This document shows positions 49,396-61,800 of a stretch of DNA of 64,000 bases, in pieces. Source of the stretch: Selaginella moellendorffii. Lineage: Eukaryota > Plantae > Lycopodiophyta. Below the pieces are notes generated by a model that was given only the letters and a program-made list of their open reading frames with translations, made no database searches and was not told the DNA's origin. Position 1 is the stretch's first letter. Each line of letters starts with the position of its first letter. The stretch is from positions 527,763 to 591,762 of the forward strand of contig NW_003314293.1 in NCBI RefSeq assembly GCF_000143415.4, written 5' to 3'. A program made the position numbers and the translations under genes.

Positions 49396-52159
49396 TTATA
49401 CATCCAACTCCATTCCTTTCTCATCACCCCAGTAGTCTTCCGGTTCAGTAAAGGCTACATCGAAATCTCTTTTCCTCCTAGGCCTGTCCTTGAACGAGCG
49501 ATGCAAGTCCAATGCCAGCGCTTTATCAACTGCACATGCCAAGGACTCGGGCTCTCCAACTTTGAATCCCTTGTACACGTCTAGAAAGTTTACCAAACTG
49601 TCAAAACAAGTTAGCAACGATCACAGTACACAGATGAAGACCACTTACTCCTGAGAAAACAATTGTTTTGCGTTGCCAGCATGAATGATGATCTTGAGCT
49701 GGGGACCAACACCGCCTGCAGCAGGAATCACCTCAACAGCAGGAGGCATACGCTCCTTCTTGAAGACTGCTGGATACACTACCATCAACCTGATAATGCC
49801 ATTCTTCCACCAGCGGTTACCAACCTCCTCCTTGAACTCTGCCCTCAGTTTCGCTGCCTTGCGAGACCTGAATATGAACTCGGGATTCGTCGTCGACACG
49901 CCCTGCTCGAACTTCTTCTTGTCAAGAAAGTTCACGAGCCTGAACTGTGCAAAGAGGATCAGCTCCTTGTTGTCTTCCGTCTTCAGTGGGATCACCAGAT
50001 CTGGACCTGCAAGAAATTCCGGGTTGAGAACCTTTGCTGTTCCCATCCCACCAGCGAGATAGCTTGTCATTCCCTTGGTACTACACACCAGTCGAAGGTT
50101 GTCTGCTGACCACAACCTCAGCTGCTGGCAGAAGATGTCTGGTAAAGCAGTTGCGCCCTCAAAGATAGGATGATTACTGAACTTGCCAGCCGAAAGAAAA
50201 CTGCAAAGAGCATCTGCTGCAGCTATCTCGAGGTTGAATCCCGCCGATTGTGAATTGAGACGATTCATTATGTGAAGAAGGGCGTTGTCCTCACGGAAAT
50301 AGTACTGAAGCGCTTCCAACACGAGTGGTTCCTCGATCGTTCCTTCCAGCCCGAACTCTCCCTTATCCACATCAACAGCATCCAAATAAGCTAGCCCATG
50401 GTGAATCAGCTCGACTTCCTCTTTCCTGGTGCAGTAGTACTTTCCAACATATTGGCTTGTCAGGGATATCATCCGGCACAAGCCGATCAGCTCCACGCCG
50501 TGAATCCGCGGCTGGATCTGGATGCGCTTCAAAACCATGACGTAAGATCCCTCCGAGTCCTCCTTCGTAAGCATTGATCGGACACGCTTAAGCGATTTAT
50601 TGAGCGAGCACTGCTTTTCCAGAAAATCCTCAAGAACCCGAGCCAGTGGTCTGTATCTCCCTACGAAGCTCTGGAGCAACTCTTCATCAACAGTGTCGTC
50701 GACAGCGACAAAATTCTTCATGTACTTGTACATGTCGCCCGTGTCTCGAAACTTGCCGAAAGAATAGAAAGCAGGACCCCGTAGCAGCGGTTTGGCAATT
50801 GCTGGCGAGAAAACCTCCATTTCCTTATGTATGGCCAAACAAGTAGCCGAGACCAGCAGCTTGGCAGTCACACCTCTGGAAGGCCGGCGAAGTGCCTCAT
50901 ACACTTGATGGAACGAACTCCTCATCCCAGTCCCTCTGCCGAAAGGCTTAAACTGATCTTTGTGCAACTCGAAGAGCGCCTGCGCTTCATCCAACACAAC
51001 GACTACATCAGTAGCCATCCCTATAACCTGCTGCCACTGCTCATTGATCTCTTCCTCTAAGGCGTCCTGCCTTGTCACTACACCTAGAGCTTCCAACTTG
51101 ACGAGCAAAGACCCCGTTAAATACTTGCAAATATCCACCTGCACAAAATGACTTCCCAGAAGCTGGAGTAGCAACCATTCCCGTGCCGAGAACTTCAGCT
51201 CAAGACAACGCTTAAGTAGAAATAACCGAGCCAAAACTGAAGCTCGTACTACCGACTGAGCTAGAGCAGCTCGAACGTCATATGCCACGCCTTCCAGAAC
51301 CAAGCTGCACAATAATCTCAAGTCCTCAAACCCAAAGTTACCCTGCGTGTCAGCTACGAAGTAAAGCCCAATTCTCGAACAGAGAAGCTCCAGCAACGTC
51401 CTTGTTTTCCCTGAACCCGATGTGCCTACCACAGAAACCACGGGACCTTTACTGTCTAGCATGTTGCCCAGATCACCAGACTGCGTCAGAAAACTTGTTC
51501 CCAAGCCCGCTAAAAGTAGGCTGGGCGTCCCGTTCACTGTGGGCACAGCTCCAAGCTGCTTAATAGACTCCCGGGCCTTTTGGATAAAAGCGTCTATGCG
51601 GGGGAGAGCCTCGATTAATACTTCACCAGGAGTTGGAACTTTTTGAGCTGCACAAGACAACGCACAAGCTTAAAACGGAATAAAAAACGAACGGCAGAAA
51701 AAAAAGAGAGTTTTGCAACGAAGTAAAGCAATGTCTGAGCTGTGGCAGACTTAGAGCTATGGGATCAATGGCGCAAGCTTTGCAGAGACAAAGAACACAA
51801 ACAAGGGGTAGTTTAAAATGAGCGATTGCACAACAAAGAGGCTTTTGCGATTCGAGATGGCAACAAAACAAGGCTTGGGCTTTTGCGGCATGATTGGGGC
51901 TTTTGCAGGGCAAGGCTAGGAGCGTGCATCAAATCTCTCAGATCACGCATAGCATGTACTTACCATTAGATTTGAGCAGGACAAGCTCCTTCTCCCGCAG
52001 CTGCTCCTCCTTCTTCCGCAGTTGCCACTTCTCCTCCCACAGATGCCTTTTCTTCTCAGGATCTTTCTCGCTCTTCAGTTGTTCTGTCAACTCTTCGATT
52101 TCAGTGCCCACAGCCCGGATGGAATGCTCAAGCTCCTGAAGCAAAGAGTCGGCGTCCAT
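49396..52159 (-). CDS. CR (Crinkler/RHS-type)-like protein, copy A: coiled-coil header + P-loop NTPase + restriction-endonuclease-like domain + basic/acidic tail
   Basis: Exons 52159-51964, 51647-49649 and 49597-49396 (GT-AG, phases consistent). Walker A GTSGSGKT, Walker B VVVVLDEAQ, VGRYRP, EEPLV, GFNLE, P..LAGPDLV and LFAQFR. Confidence 0.8.
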
Positions 52160-52459
52160 AGCTGTAGACAAGGACGCTTAGGTTTACGATAATTTTTATT
52201 TTTCATAATGTCTATTTTTCATAAACCTTCTAGAGCTCTAAGGGAATTCAAACTGCAGGATATAGTCTATGGGTGATGAAGTCCTCAGGCTCTCTAGCAC
52301 CTTCCTTCATAGACCAGAACAACTCTGAGGGCAGGATGTGAGCATAGTCGGCAAGGAAGAACCAAGTGATGTATTTCGTCGGCTTCCACAGGAGGAAAGC
52401 TGGCAGCGTGAAGTATTTGCTTCGGCCGTGAAAATCATCTTGCAGGGACACTCTGCGGC

Positions 52460-53810
52460 TTTGAATCTTTGGTTTGATCGCAGCCTTGTGGAGCTCTATC
52501 TCCATACTGAGGAGCTGAGTGTGCAGCTATAGGCTCTCACAAGGATTTATTCCATAGGTGGCCATGACGAGGAAAAGAAAGCAGCGTTTACCACCACCAG
52601 CTGGAGAGGCTCAATGCTTTCCCGAAGGGAGCTGACTTGTTGCTCATAAGGTTCATTTTTGCTTTGTTATTTCTCTTTCATTTAACTCATCTTTCCAGGA
52701 TCCAGTGTTTATGAGCTATATGTGCATATACAGTGCTGATCTAAAGGACCCGCATGGAGAGTTTATTCTGGAGCAAGCATCAAGGCCACGGCAATCTCAG
52801 CCAGCCATGAAAAGTAGCTAGAAGGTCCAGATTTATTTTCATCACGACCTAGACTTCTGTGTGAAATGTCCATCCTCTAGGTTTGGGCTTGTGAGGATGT
52901 AGTACATCCGAGATCACTGTACGGCTGAGACACGTGGTGACACGTGGTGGATCTCAAGAGTCACGACTCACCTGTGTATGTATAACAATGATGATATCTG
53001 AGCGATAAAGTTTTTTCTCTTCTTCCTTAGTTTTCAGGTGGATGTATCATCCCAACTACTGCATACATGACAACAGTTGGAAGTCCTAAAGCATCAAGAG
53101 ATGTGTCAGTTTGCCCAGTAGTCTGAACAAGTCGGAAGTTCCAATCATCTTGGTGGGGTCTCTGGCTGCTGCTCCAAACGGAGTTATCTTTACCCATGTT
53201 TGGGCTCCATTGAAATGCAGAGCTCAAGGCCCACGTCTTTGGAAGCTTTAGTAGGACTTCCAACTGTTATCTTGTATGCAGCATTTTACATTTGAGATGA
53301 CATGTCCATCAAGAAAACAGGGTCTGGACCTAGAGGATGGAAAAATCACACACAAGTCTGGGATGTGATAAAAGAAATCCAGACCTTCAACCTACTTCTC
53401 ATGGAGTTCCCCACTGGCTGAGATTGCTGAGGCTTTGACGCTTGCTCCAGAATAAAGTTCCATGTGGATCCTTTAGATCAGTGCAGTAAATGCACAATTG
53501 CATGCCATATCTCCAAGAAAATAAAAAACTAGAGCACTTTAGATGCACTGGTTCCTGGAAAAAAGAAAGAAGGAAAAAAAAAGTTCGTTAAAATGAAGGG
53601 GAAAATAGCAAACCAATCTTACATGAGTGAGTAGCTCCCTTCAAGAAATCCTTGAACTTCTCCAACATATCATTGCTGGTGGTGGAAAACACTGCTTTCT
53701 CTTCTTTATCATTGCCACCTATAGAGTCTTTAATTGCACCTTCAGCTCCTCAGTGTGGAGATAAAGCTCCACAAGGCTCTCAGCACAGTTGGGATCAAAT
53801 TGGAGATTAA
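52460..53810. repeat. Long imperfect inverted repeat (arms ~52460-52890 and ~53320-53810) made of gene X 5' exons
   Basis: For example 52735-52885 is the reverse complement of 53325-53485, and 52480-52700 of 53550-53780. Confidence 0.85.
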
Positions 53811-55591
53811 GTATTATCATATGCAACAAGATTATTTGCCCAATCTCATTAGATAGTACTTGCTAAGATGTATTTTTTAATACTAAATGTAATACATATG
53901 GTTTTCATCTTTTACCCTTAGATGATTTACTAATGTAAACCCTTTGGCAACAAAGTAAAACTTAAGTTGCCATTGAATAAAGGGACATAGTTAAATTCTT
54001 GAGCATACACTCAAGAAAAAAGTGAATGAACTGAAACATGAATAACATTGAAATAATTTTAGAGTATTTATCATCCTAATACAGACCAAACATATAAAAT
54101 GGAACCAATGCTGGAGTGAATGCCTTATGCGCCCCTTGGTTGTGTGTGGAACGGCAAGAGCTGGTCTGCCAAGCAATGCAAGGGGCTGTCAATGCTCATA
54201 CATCCATCGTTACCAGCAAATGTTATATCATTTAAGCTTGTAAAAGTCAAAATATACCTTTATGAAATCTAATGCTATTTTAGCAATACCATAGCATAAC
54301 ATGAGGATATGAATATTCCACTAATTAACATTTGGGGTTAAACCCAACACAAAACAAAAACAAACACGCAAGTAAAGAGCTAAATTATGTCTTAAGAGAA
54401 TGGGTCAACCAACCCATTCTCTCTACTATAAAGCTAAAATCGTCATTTCATGAGAATGTCTACCCCTTATACAAATGTTACTTGAAATCCAAGACTTTTG
54501 GACAGCTCTAGATTACAATGGCTATTTTGCATCAACATGTTAGTTTTGATTTATGTGTCCTATGGGATTTTCTTTGTAATTTAAGTTGGCACAAAATCAC
54601 AATTGAAATACAATGATCTTTCAAGTCTTGGTTTTCAAGGGTGGAGGAATCCAGCATGGCCCATGGTACCGTGCCATTTGCCATGATCATTCTAAATTCC
54701 CAGAATGGACTTTGATCAATTAGAACTTCAACAAAAACCTGCTAAAGTAGAATCAAAACAAAAGGAAAGAGGACTTGAGTGCATTCCAAGTAATGAGTTG
54801 CATGTTCTTCATATTCCAAGCTCTTGATTCTGTAAGACTTCACATCCTTCGCATGCGCTCAGTCCAGAATGCAACTAATATTGTACATTTTGCTTGCACT
54901 CAACCCATTTTGTTCGATTTCTTCTATGAATATGGTCATGTCCAATACTTCTTCCGAGTTGTGTCGACCCATGCGTCCAAGCCTGCCATTGCTTGGGCCC
55001 TCCTCTACCTTGCCCCTGCAAAGTGGCGCCAGTTGATGTTGAGGATGCAGCCCATAGCAGCGTCATTAACTCTATTTTGCCAGCTAAGTTAGCAAGCTTA
55101 TATCTTGATTGAACTCCTTTATTTTGTTGGCAAACTTGATTTGCGTTTTCGAAATGCTTTCCATGCTAAGACCTAGAAAGAAAAGATTGAGAACAAGAAA
55201 ACAAGAACCAACCTGGTGAGGTTAAGAATCTCAAGCTTCTCCTCCCTCCCGTGTCTTCTCAGCAAAAAAGAAACTGATTTTCTTCGCCGGTGATAGAATC
55301 CATTAGAAATTGCTCCAACAGAAAAAGATTTGGAAAATCTTTCGGTTGGTTACAAAAGGTTTAACTACACGTTAATCTTCTGTGCATTTAAAGACACTAG
55401 GCTTAAGAAAAAATCAAGTTGCTCGTTAGTTCCGTCAGATTACCTGTTTACAGTTGCCAGTTTATACATCCAACTCCATTCCTTCCTCATCACCCCAGTA
55501 GTCTTCCGGTTCAGTAAAGGCTACATCGAAATCTCTTTTCCTCCTAGGCCTGTCCTTGAACGAGCGATGCAAGTCCAATGCCAGCGCTTTA

Positions 55592-58297
55592 TCAACTGCA
55601 CTCGGGCTCTCCAACTTTGAATCCCTTGTACACGTCTAGAAAGTTTACCAAACTGTCAAAACAAGTTAGCAACGATCACAGTACACAGATGAAGACCACT
55701 TACTCCTGAGAAAACAATTGTTTTGCATTGCCAGCATGAATGATGATCTTGAGCTGGGGACCAACACCGCCTGCAGCAGGAATCACCTCAACAGCAGGAG
55801 GCATACGCTCCCTCTTGAAGACTGCTGGATACACTACCATCAACCTGATAATGCCATTCTTCCACCAGCGGTTACCAACCTCCTCCTTGAACTCTGCCCT
55901 CAGTTTCGCTGCCTTGCGAGACCTGAATATGAACTCGGGATTCGTCGTCGACACCCCCTGCTCGAACTTCTTCTTGTCAAGAAAGTTCACGAGCCTGAAC
56001 TGTGCAAAGAGGATCAGCTCCTTGTTGTCTTCCGTCTTCAGTGGGATCACCAGATCTGGACCTGCTAGGAATTCCGGGTTGAGAACCTTTGCTGTTCCCA
56101 TCCCACCAGCGAGATAGCTTGTCATTCCCTTGGTACTACACACCAGTCGAAGGTTGTCTGCTGACCACAACCTCAGCTGCTGGCAGAAGATGTCTGGTAA
56201 AGCAGTTGCGCCCTCAAAGATAGGATGATTACTGAACTTGCCAGCCGAAAGAAAACTGCAAAGAGCATCTGCTGCAGCTATCTCGAGGTTGAATCCCGCC
56301 GATTGTGAATTGAGACGATTCAGTATGTGAAGAAGGGCGTTGTGCTCACGGAAATAGTACTCAAGCGCTTCCAACACGAGTGGTTCCTCGATCGTTCCTT
56401 CCAGCCCGAACTCTCCCTTATCCACATCAACAGCATCCAAATAAGCTAGCCCATGGTGAATCAGCTCGACTTCCTCTTTCCTGGTGCAGTAGTACTTTCC
56501 AACATATTGGCTTGTCAGGGATATCATCCGGCACAAGCCGATCAGCTCCACGCCGTGAATCCGCGGCTGGATCTGGATGCGCTTCAAAACCATGACGTAA
56601 GATCCCTCCGAGTCCTCCTTCGTGAGCATTGATCGGACACGCTTAAGCGATTTATTGAGCGAGCACTGCTTTTCCAGAAAATCCTCAAGAACCCGAGCCA
56701 GTGGTCTGTATCTCCCTACGAAGCTCTGGAGCAACTCTTCATCAACAGTGTCGTCGACAGCGACAAAATTCTTCATGTACTTGTACATGTCGCCCGTGTC
56801 TCGAAACTTGCCGAAAGAATAGAAAGCAGGACCCCGTAGCAGCGGTTTGGCAATTGCCGGCGAGAAAACCTCCATTTCCTTATGTATGGCCAAACAAGTA
56901 GCCGAGACCAGCAGCTTGGCAGTCACACCTCTGGAAGGCCGGCTAAGTGCCTCATACACTTGATGGAACGAACTCCTCATCCCAGTCCCTCTGCCGAAAG
57001 GCTTAAACTGATCTTTGTGCAACTCGAAGAGCGCCTGCGCTTCATCCAACACGACGACTACATCAGTACCCATCCCTATAACCTGCTGCCACTGCTCATT
57101 GATCTCTTCCTCTAAGGCGTCCTGCCTTGTCACTACACCTAGAGCTTCCAACTTGACGAGCAAAGACCCCGTTAAATACTTGCAAATATCCACCTGCACA
57201 AAATGACTTCCCAGAAGCTGGAGTAGCAACCATTCCCGTGCCGAGAACTTCAGCTCAAGACAACGCTTAAGTAGAAATAACCGAGCCAAAACTGAAGCTC
57301 GTACTACCGACTGAGCTAGAGCAGCTCGAACGTCATACGCCACGCCTTCCAGAACCAAGCTGCACAATAATCTCAAGTCCTCAAACCCAAAGTTACCCTG
57401 CGTGTCAGCTACGAAGTAAAGCCCAATTCTCGAACAGAGAAGCTCCAGCAACGTCCTTGTTTTCCCTGAACCCGATGTGCCCACCACAGAAACCACGGGA
57501 CCTTTACTGTCTAGCATGTTGCCCAGATCACCAGACTGTGTCAGAAAGCTTGTTCCCAAGCCCGCTATAAGTAGGCTGGGCTTCCCGTTCACTGTGGGCA
57601 CAGCTCCAAGCTGCTTAATAGACTCCCGGGCCTTTTGGATAAAAGCGTCTACGCGGGGGAGAGCCTCGATTAATACTTCACCAGGAGTTGGAACTTTTTG
57701 AGCTGCATAAAGACAAAGCACAAGCTTAGAACAGAAGGAAAAAAAAAATGGCAGAACATGCATGGAGGTAAAGCAATGTCTTCCAAAACAGTCTCCTTGG
57801 TTTCGAGCTGTGGCGATCAATGGCGCAAGCTTTGGATGGGGAAAATCAGAAACAAAGAACACAAACAAGGAGTAAAATGCAAAAGAATGGAAGTGCAACC
57901 TCGAGTTTAAAATGAGGGGCTGTTGGGATTGCAACGCTTTTGCAACTAAAGAACTGGCCTTTGCGACATAACTGGACAGTGCAACAAAACAATGCCTGGC
58001 AGTTGGGGCTTTTACGGCAGATCTGTACATGACTGGGGCAAGGCTAGTAGATGCTCAGGCTGAGAGTGAATAATGTATCAAAAAAGACTTACCTTTAGAT
58101 TTGAGCAGGACAAGCACCTCCTCCCGCAGCTGCTCCTCCCTCTTCCGCAGTTGCCGCTTCTCCTCCCGCAGATACTTTTTCTCTTCAGGATTTTGCTCGC
58201 TCTTCAGCTGTTCTTCCAACTCTTCGATTTTAGTGCACACAGCCCGGATGGAACGCTCAATCTCCTGAAGCGGAGAGTCAACATCCAACGACCCCAT
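55592..58297 (-). CDS. CR-like NTPase-nuclease protein, copy B (tail truncated by an 11-bp deletion)
   Basis: Exons 58297-58093, 57702-55704 and 55652-55592. The core exon differs from copy A at 9 residues. Exon 3 lacks ATGCCAAGGAC, giving ..GEPECS*. Confidence 0.8.
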
Positions 58298-58827
58298 CCT
58301 TCTTAGGTTAGGGTATGATGGGTTAGAGGTACCTACATCGTTAAGGAAAGTTAACTACTACACCATTAAATTAAGAAAATAGTTAGTAAATAATCATAAT
58401 ATTTTAACTAATTTGAAATATCTTTTAGATTAATTTAAAACAGTAGATCAGAATTAAATGTTAAAAGCTTTGAAGGAAAGTGTTGAGTTCCAGATGAATA
58501 GATTTTACATAATCTATCATAAATTGAAGATTTTTATCAATTTGAGGTTTTATATTAACCAGTCCATTTAAATTTGTAGCTTGTAAAATGAATCAAAATA
58601 GTTGCTATATCAATTAGTTTCTGAATACTTTGAATACTTTTATCCATACTTTATTTTATATTTATCTAATGGTTATGGTAACTAAATACAAAAATAAGTT
58701 TTTTTTATACTCTCATAAAGAGGTCTTGGAATTTTACTTTCAAACATATTATTTTATAGTCACATGCTTATTAAAGTATGACCAAATAGATTAGTTCGTG
58801 ACTAATCAAAGGCTTTTAGACACTGCT

Positions 58828-61800
58828 GTGGAAGGGGTGTGCTCACCAATTGTGAGCAATGGTGCAAAGGGCTTGGGGGTGGCTAAGTGGTGATCTGTTC
58901 TGCATTAGCATGGTAATTCTTTCTTAGGTTTTAACAATTGATATCAGAGGGTAGAGTTCAAGAATCTGCAGTTATAGATTCTAGGGAGGAAGCTACTAAT
59001 CAGTTGTTTGTGGAGGCTTGGACAATAGATGAGGTGGTGCTAAAATTGTAAGCCCTCAACAACAATATCCAAACCCTTGAGGTTGATATGCATGGATCTT
59101 TAGCAACATGTGTGAGTGCATCAGAATTCTTGAGGTGGCAAGAGTTGTGTTATAAATTAAGTTCAGATTCCTAAGTTTGATGGTACTGATGTCTCTATGG
59201 ATGAAGTGCTCACCTAGCTGCATAAGACTTTGAAATTGATCTAGGTTCAAGGATTGCCAAATAAGGAGGCATTGATCTTTGTGGAGGTGGTGCTTAAAGG
59301 CTAGGTTACACGTTGGTGGACCTGCCTTTCGAACCAATATAGCAAGGGATCTTTGGCACTAACTGAATTTTCTTTTCGCTACGATGCTTCTTATGCATGT
59401 GCAAGGTTCAGTACTTAAAGCAAGATGATTTGGGCCTAGAAAAGTATATTGAGAAGTTTGGGATGTTATCGAGTCATGTGCCCAACAACTACACTGAGGA
59501 GGTCCAAAAAGATTACTTTATGAATGGTTTACAAGACAAAGGGATGCGAGATCACTTGAAAACTTCCAAGGTAACCAAGTCTTTAAAGAAGCTTTTTGAA
59601 CAAGTTTGGAACTTGGTGGATGAAGGTGAGCCATGTCCTTAGGACAAGGGGGCCAAACATGGGACAAGCCCCGCTCAAGACAAGACTAAAAGTGGCAGTG
59701 GGTGTTTGAAGTCTTGTGTGGAGTGTGGCAGCAATGGTGGTCAAGGCAATGGTAAGAAGCCTTGGAGTACCAAGAAAATGCACAACCATTGCCATAAATG
59801 TGGTGAGGAAGGCCATTGGAAAGTAGATTGTCTTCTATTGAAAAACAAGAACCAGCCTTTGAACATGAGTATTGGAGCTTTAAGCAGGAAGAAGGTTTAG
59901 GAAATGCAACATGAGGAGAATCCAGATAAAAAGTATATCTCTATGATTTCCTGTACATTTAATAGGATTTGGAATGATGATCCTATGGACTTGGCTTCAG
60001 AATCCTATGTGATTTGAGTTGAGGGATTGCTAGGAGATCATATAGTGCACTTTCTACTAGATAGTGGGAGTTCCAACAATTTTGTCTTAGTAAAGTTGGT
60101 CAAGGAATACAAGCTGCCAATGACTAAAGTGATTCTTTATAGAATTTCTGGAGTTGCCACCAAGAACCAATAGTGGGATGGTGTGGTGTGTGACTTATCA
60201 GTGAAAGTTGGCAAGTTCACCAACCTGGCACACACCACAATGTTTGTGAGCAGTGATGCCAAAATTAAAAACATCCAAGCACATGCCATGCCACCCTGGT
60301 GGAAGATTTCTTTCTTGTAGATTTACGTCATGTGGACATAATCCTTTGCATGTCATGGCACATGCATATTGATCCCAAGATCAAGTAGAGCCTTCGACAT
60401 GTGAAGCTTGAGTATAGTGGTGTACATGATACTTAGTTTGGAAGCAATGTTCCAAGCTTGACTAAGTTGAAGTTGGTAATGTCTTTGAAGAGCACTATGC
60501 TCAATAAAGATAATGAACTTTGTTTGATGTATATTTGAGAGTTGGATACATTAAAGTTTTTGCATGGAGAATCAATGGTGGCAGAGGAATTTGAGGAGTT
60601 CAAGGACATGTTCCCAATTGAGATACCATGTGGTTTGCCGGAGTTGAACACAAAATTCCAGACATAAAGCCAATCTATTGACAACCATTTGGGCTAAGTC
60701 ATGTTGAGGAAGTAGAGGTCAAGTGTCAAGGCAATCATAAGTCTGAATGGCATCATTGTAAATTTGAAATGCTCAAAACTCGTAGAGAAAGCTAACTTTG
60801 TGATATCTATATCATTTAGAGCAATTTGATGATAACTATTTCGCAAGTCAATTTTGGTAAAAATTATGGCTTCCCCAAGCCTATCTAAGATGTCATCTAT
60901 ATATGACATTGGCATGTTCTTCATGATTGTCTTCTTGTTTAAAGCATAATAATCAATACACATCCACATCAAGCCATCTCTCTTCTTAAAAAGCAAGACT
61001 TGTATTTCAAATTGAGACTTGATTGCATGATAAAGCTATACTTAAACAACTTAGTCAAGTTAAGACTAATCCATAAAAAGTGGCTATCATGGAAGAATGG
61101 CTAACTCCAACAAATATTATTGAGTTAAGGAGTTTTATGGGAATGGTTAGTTATTACCACAAGTTTATTAAGCACTATGTTGATATTATTTTTCCCTTGA
61201 CTCAGTTGCTAGAACACTCATTTTGAATAGGAGACATTACAAAAACAAAACTTTCAAGGTTTAAAAGATGATTTAATGTGTGCTTCAATTTTATATCTTG
61301 ATCCAACTCCACCTACATCACTATCCCGTCTCTCAAAGACTGGACCATCCATCCACAAGTGGTATCCCAGATCCACTTTTTAGCATTTTTAAGATTCCTG
61401 CAGGCATAAGGAACAACCTTCCCCAATATCCCCTTTTTGATCCCCATCAAGTCCCTTACCGTCCATGGCTATGTTCGCCAACACTGCCATTAGGTCAAGG
61501 CCCACAAGCCTGACCATTAAGTCCCACTGTCCTCTAGGACTTCTTTACTATATGACCATATCCTTTGGCACTACATTAGACTTCCTTTTTTCCACAGTCT
61601 GGGACTTTAGGATAACATTTCGAAACACCGTGGCCTTACGCGAGCCTTGTGGGTACTCTCCCCACCTTTCACCTTTAAGTGCTCTAGCTATGGGCTTAGA
61701 GTGAGGTTCTGATAAGCCACACATGGTATCCAAGTAAGTAGTGCCACCCATACTTGGATTGGGAGCATTGACCATTCGATTTCTTGGGGGAGCTAGAGTC

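Noticed and set aside
57703-58030. N-terminal 110 aa of the 776-aa ORF as real protein
   Set aside because: It lies in intron 1 (polypyrimidine tract plus CAG acceptor at 57703) and is not open in copy A.
49396-58297. NB-ARC/NLR resistance genes
   Set aside because: A P-loop is present but there is no RNBS, GLPL or MHD motif and no LRR or TIR domain; the C-terminal motifs fit an REase-like domain instead.
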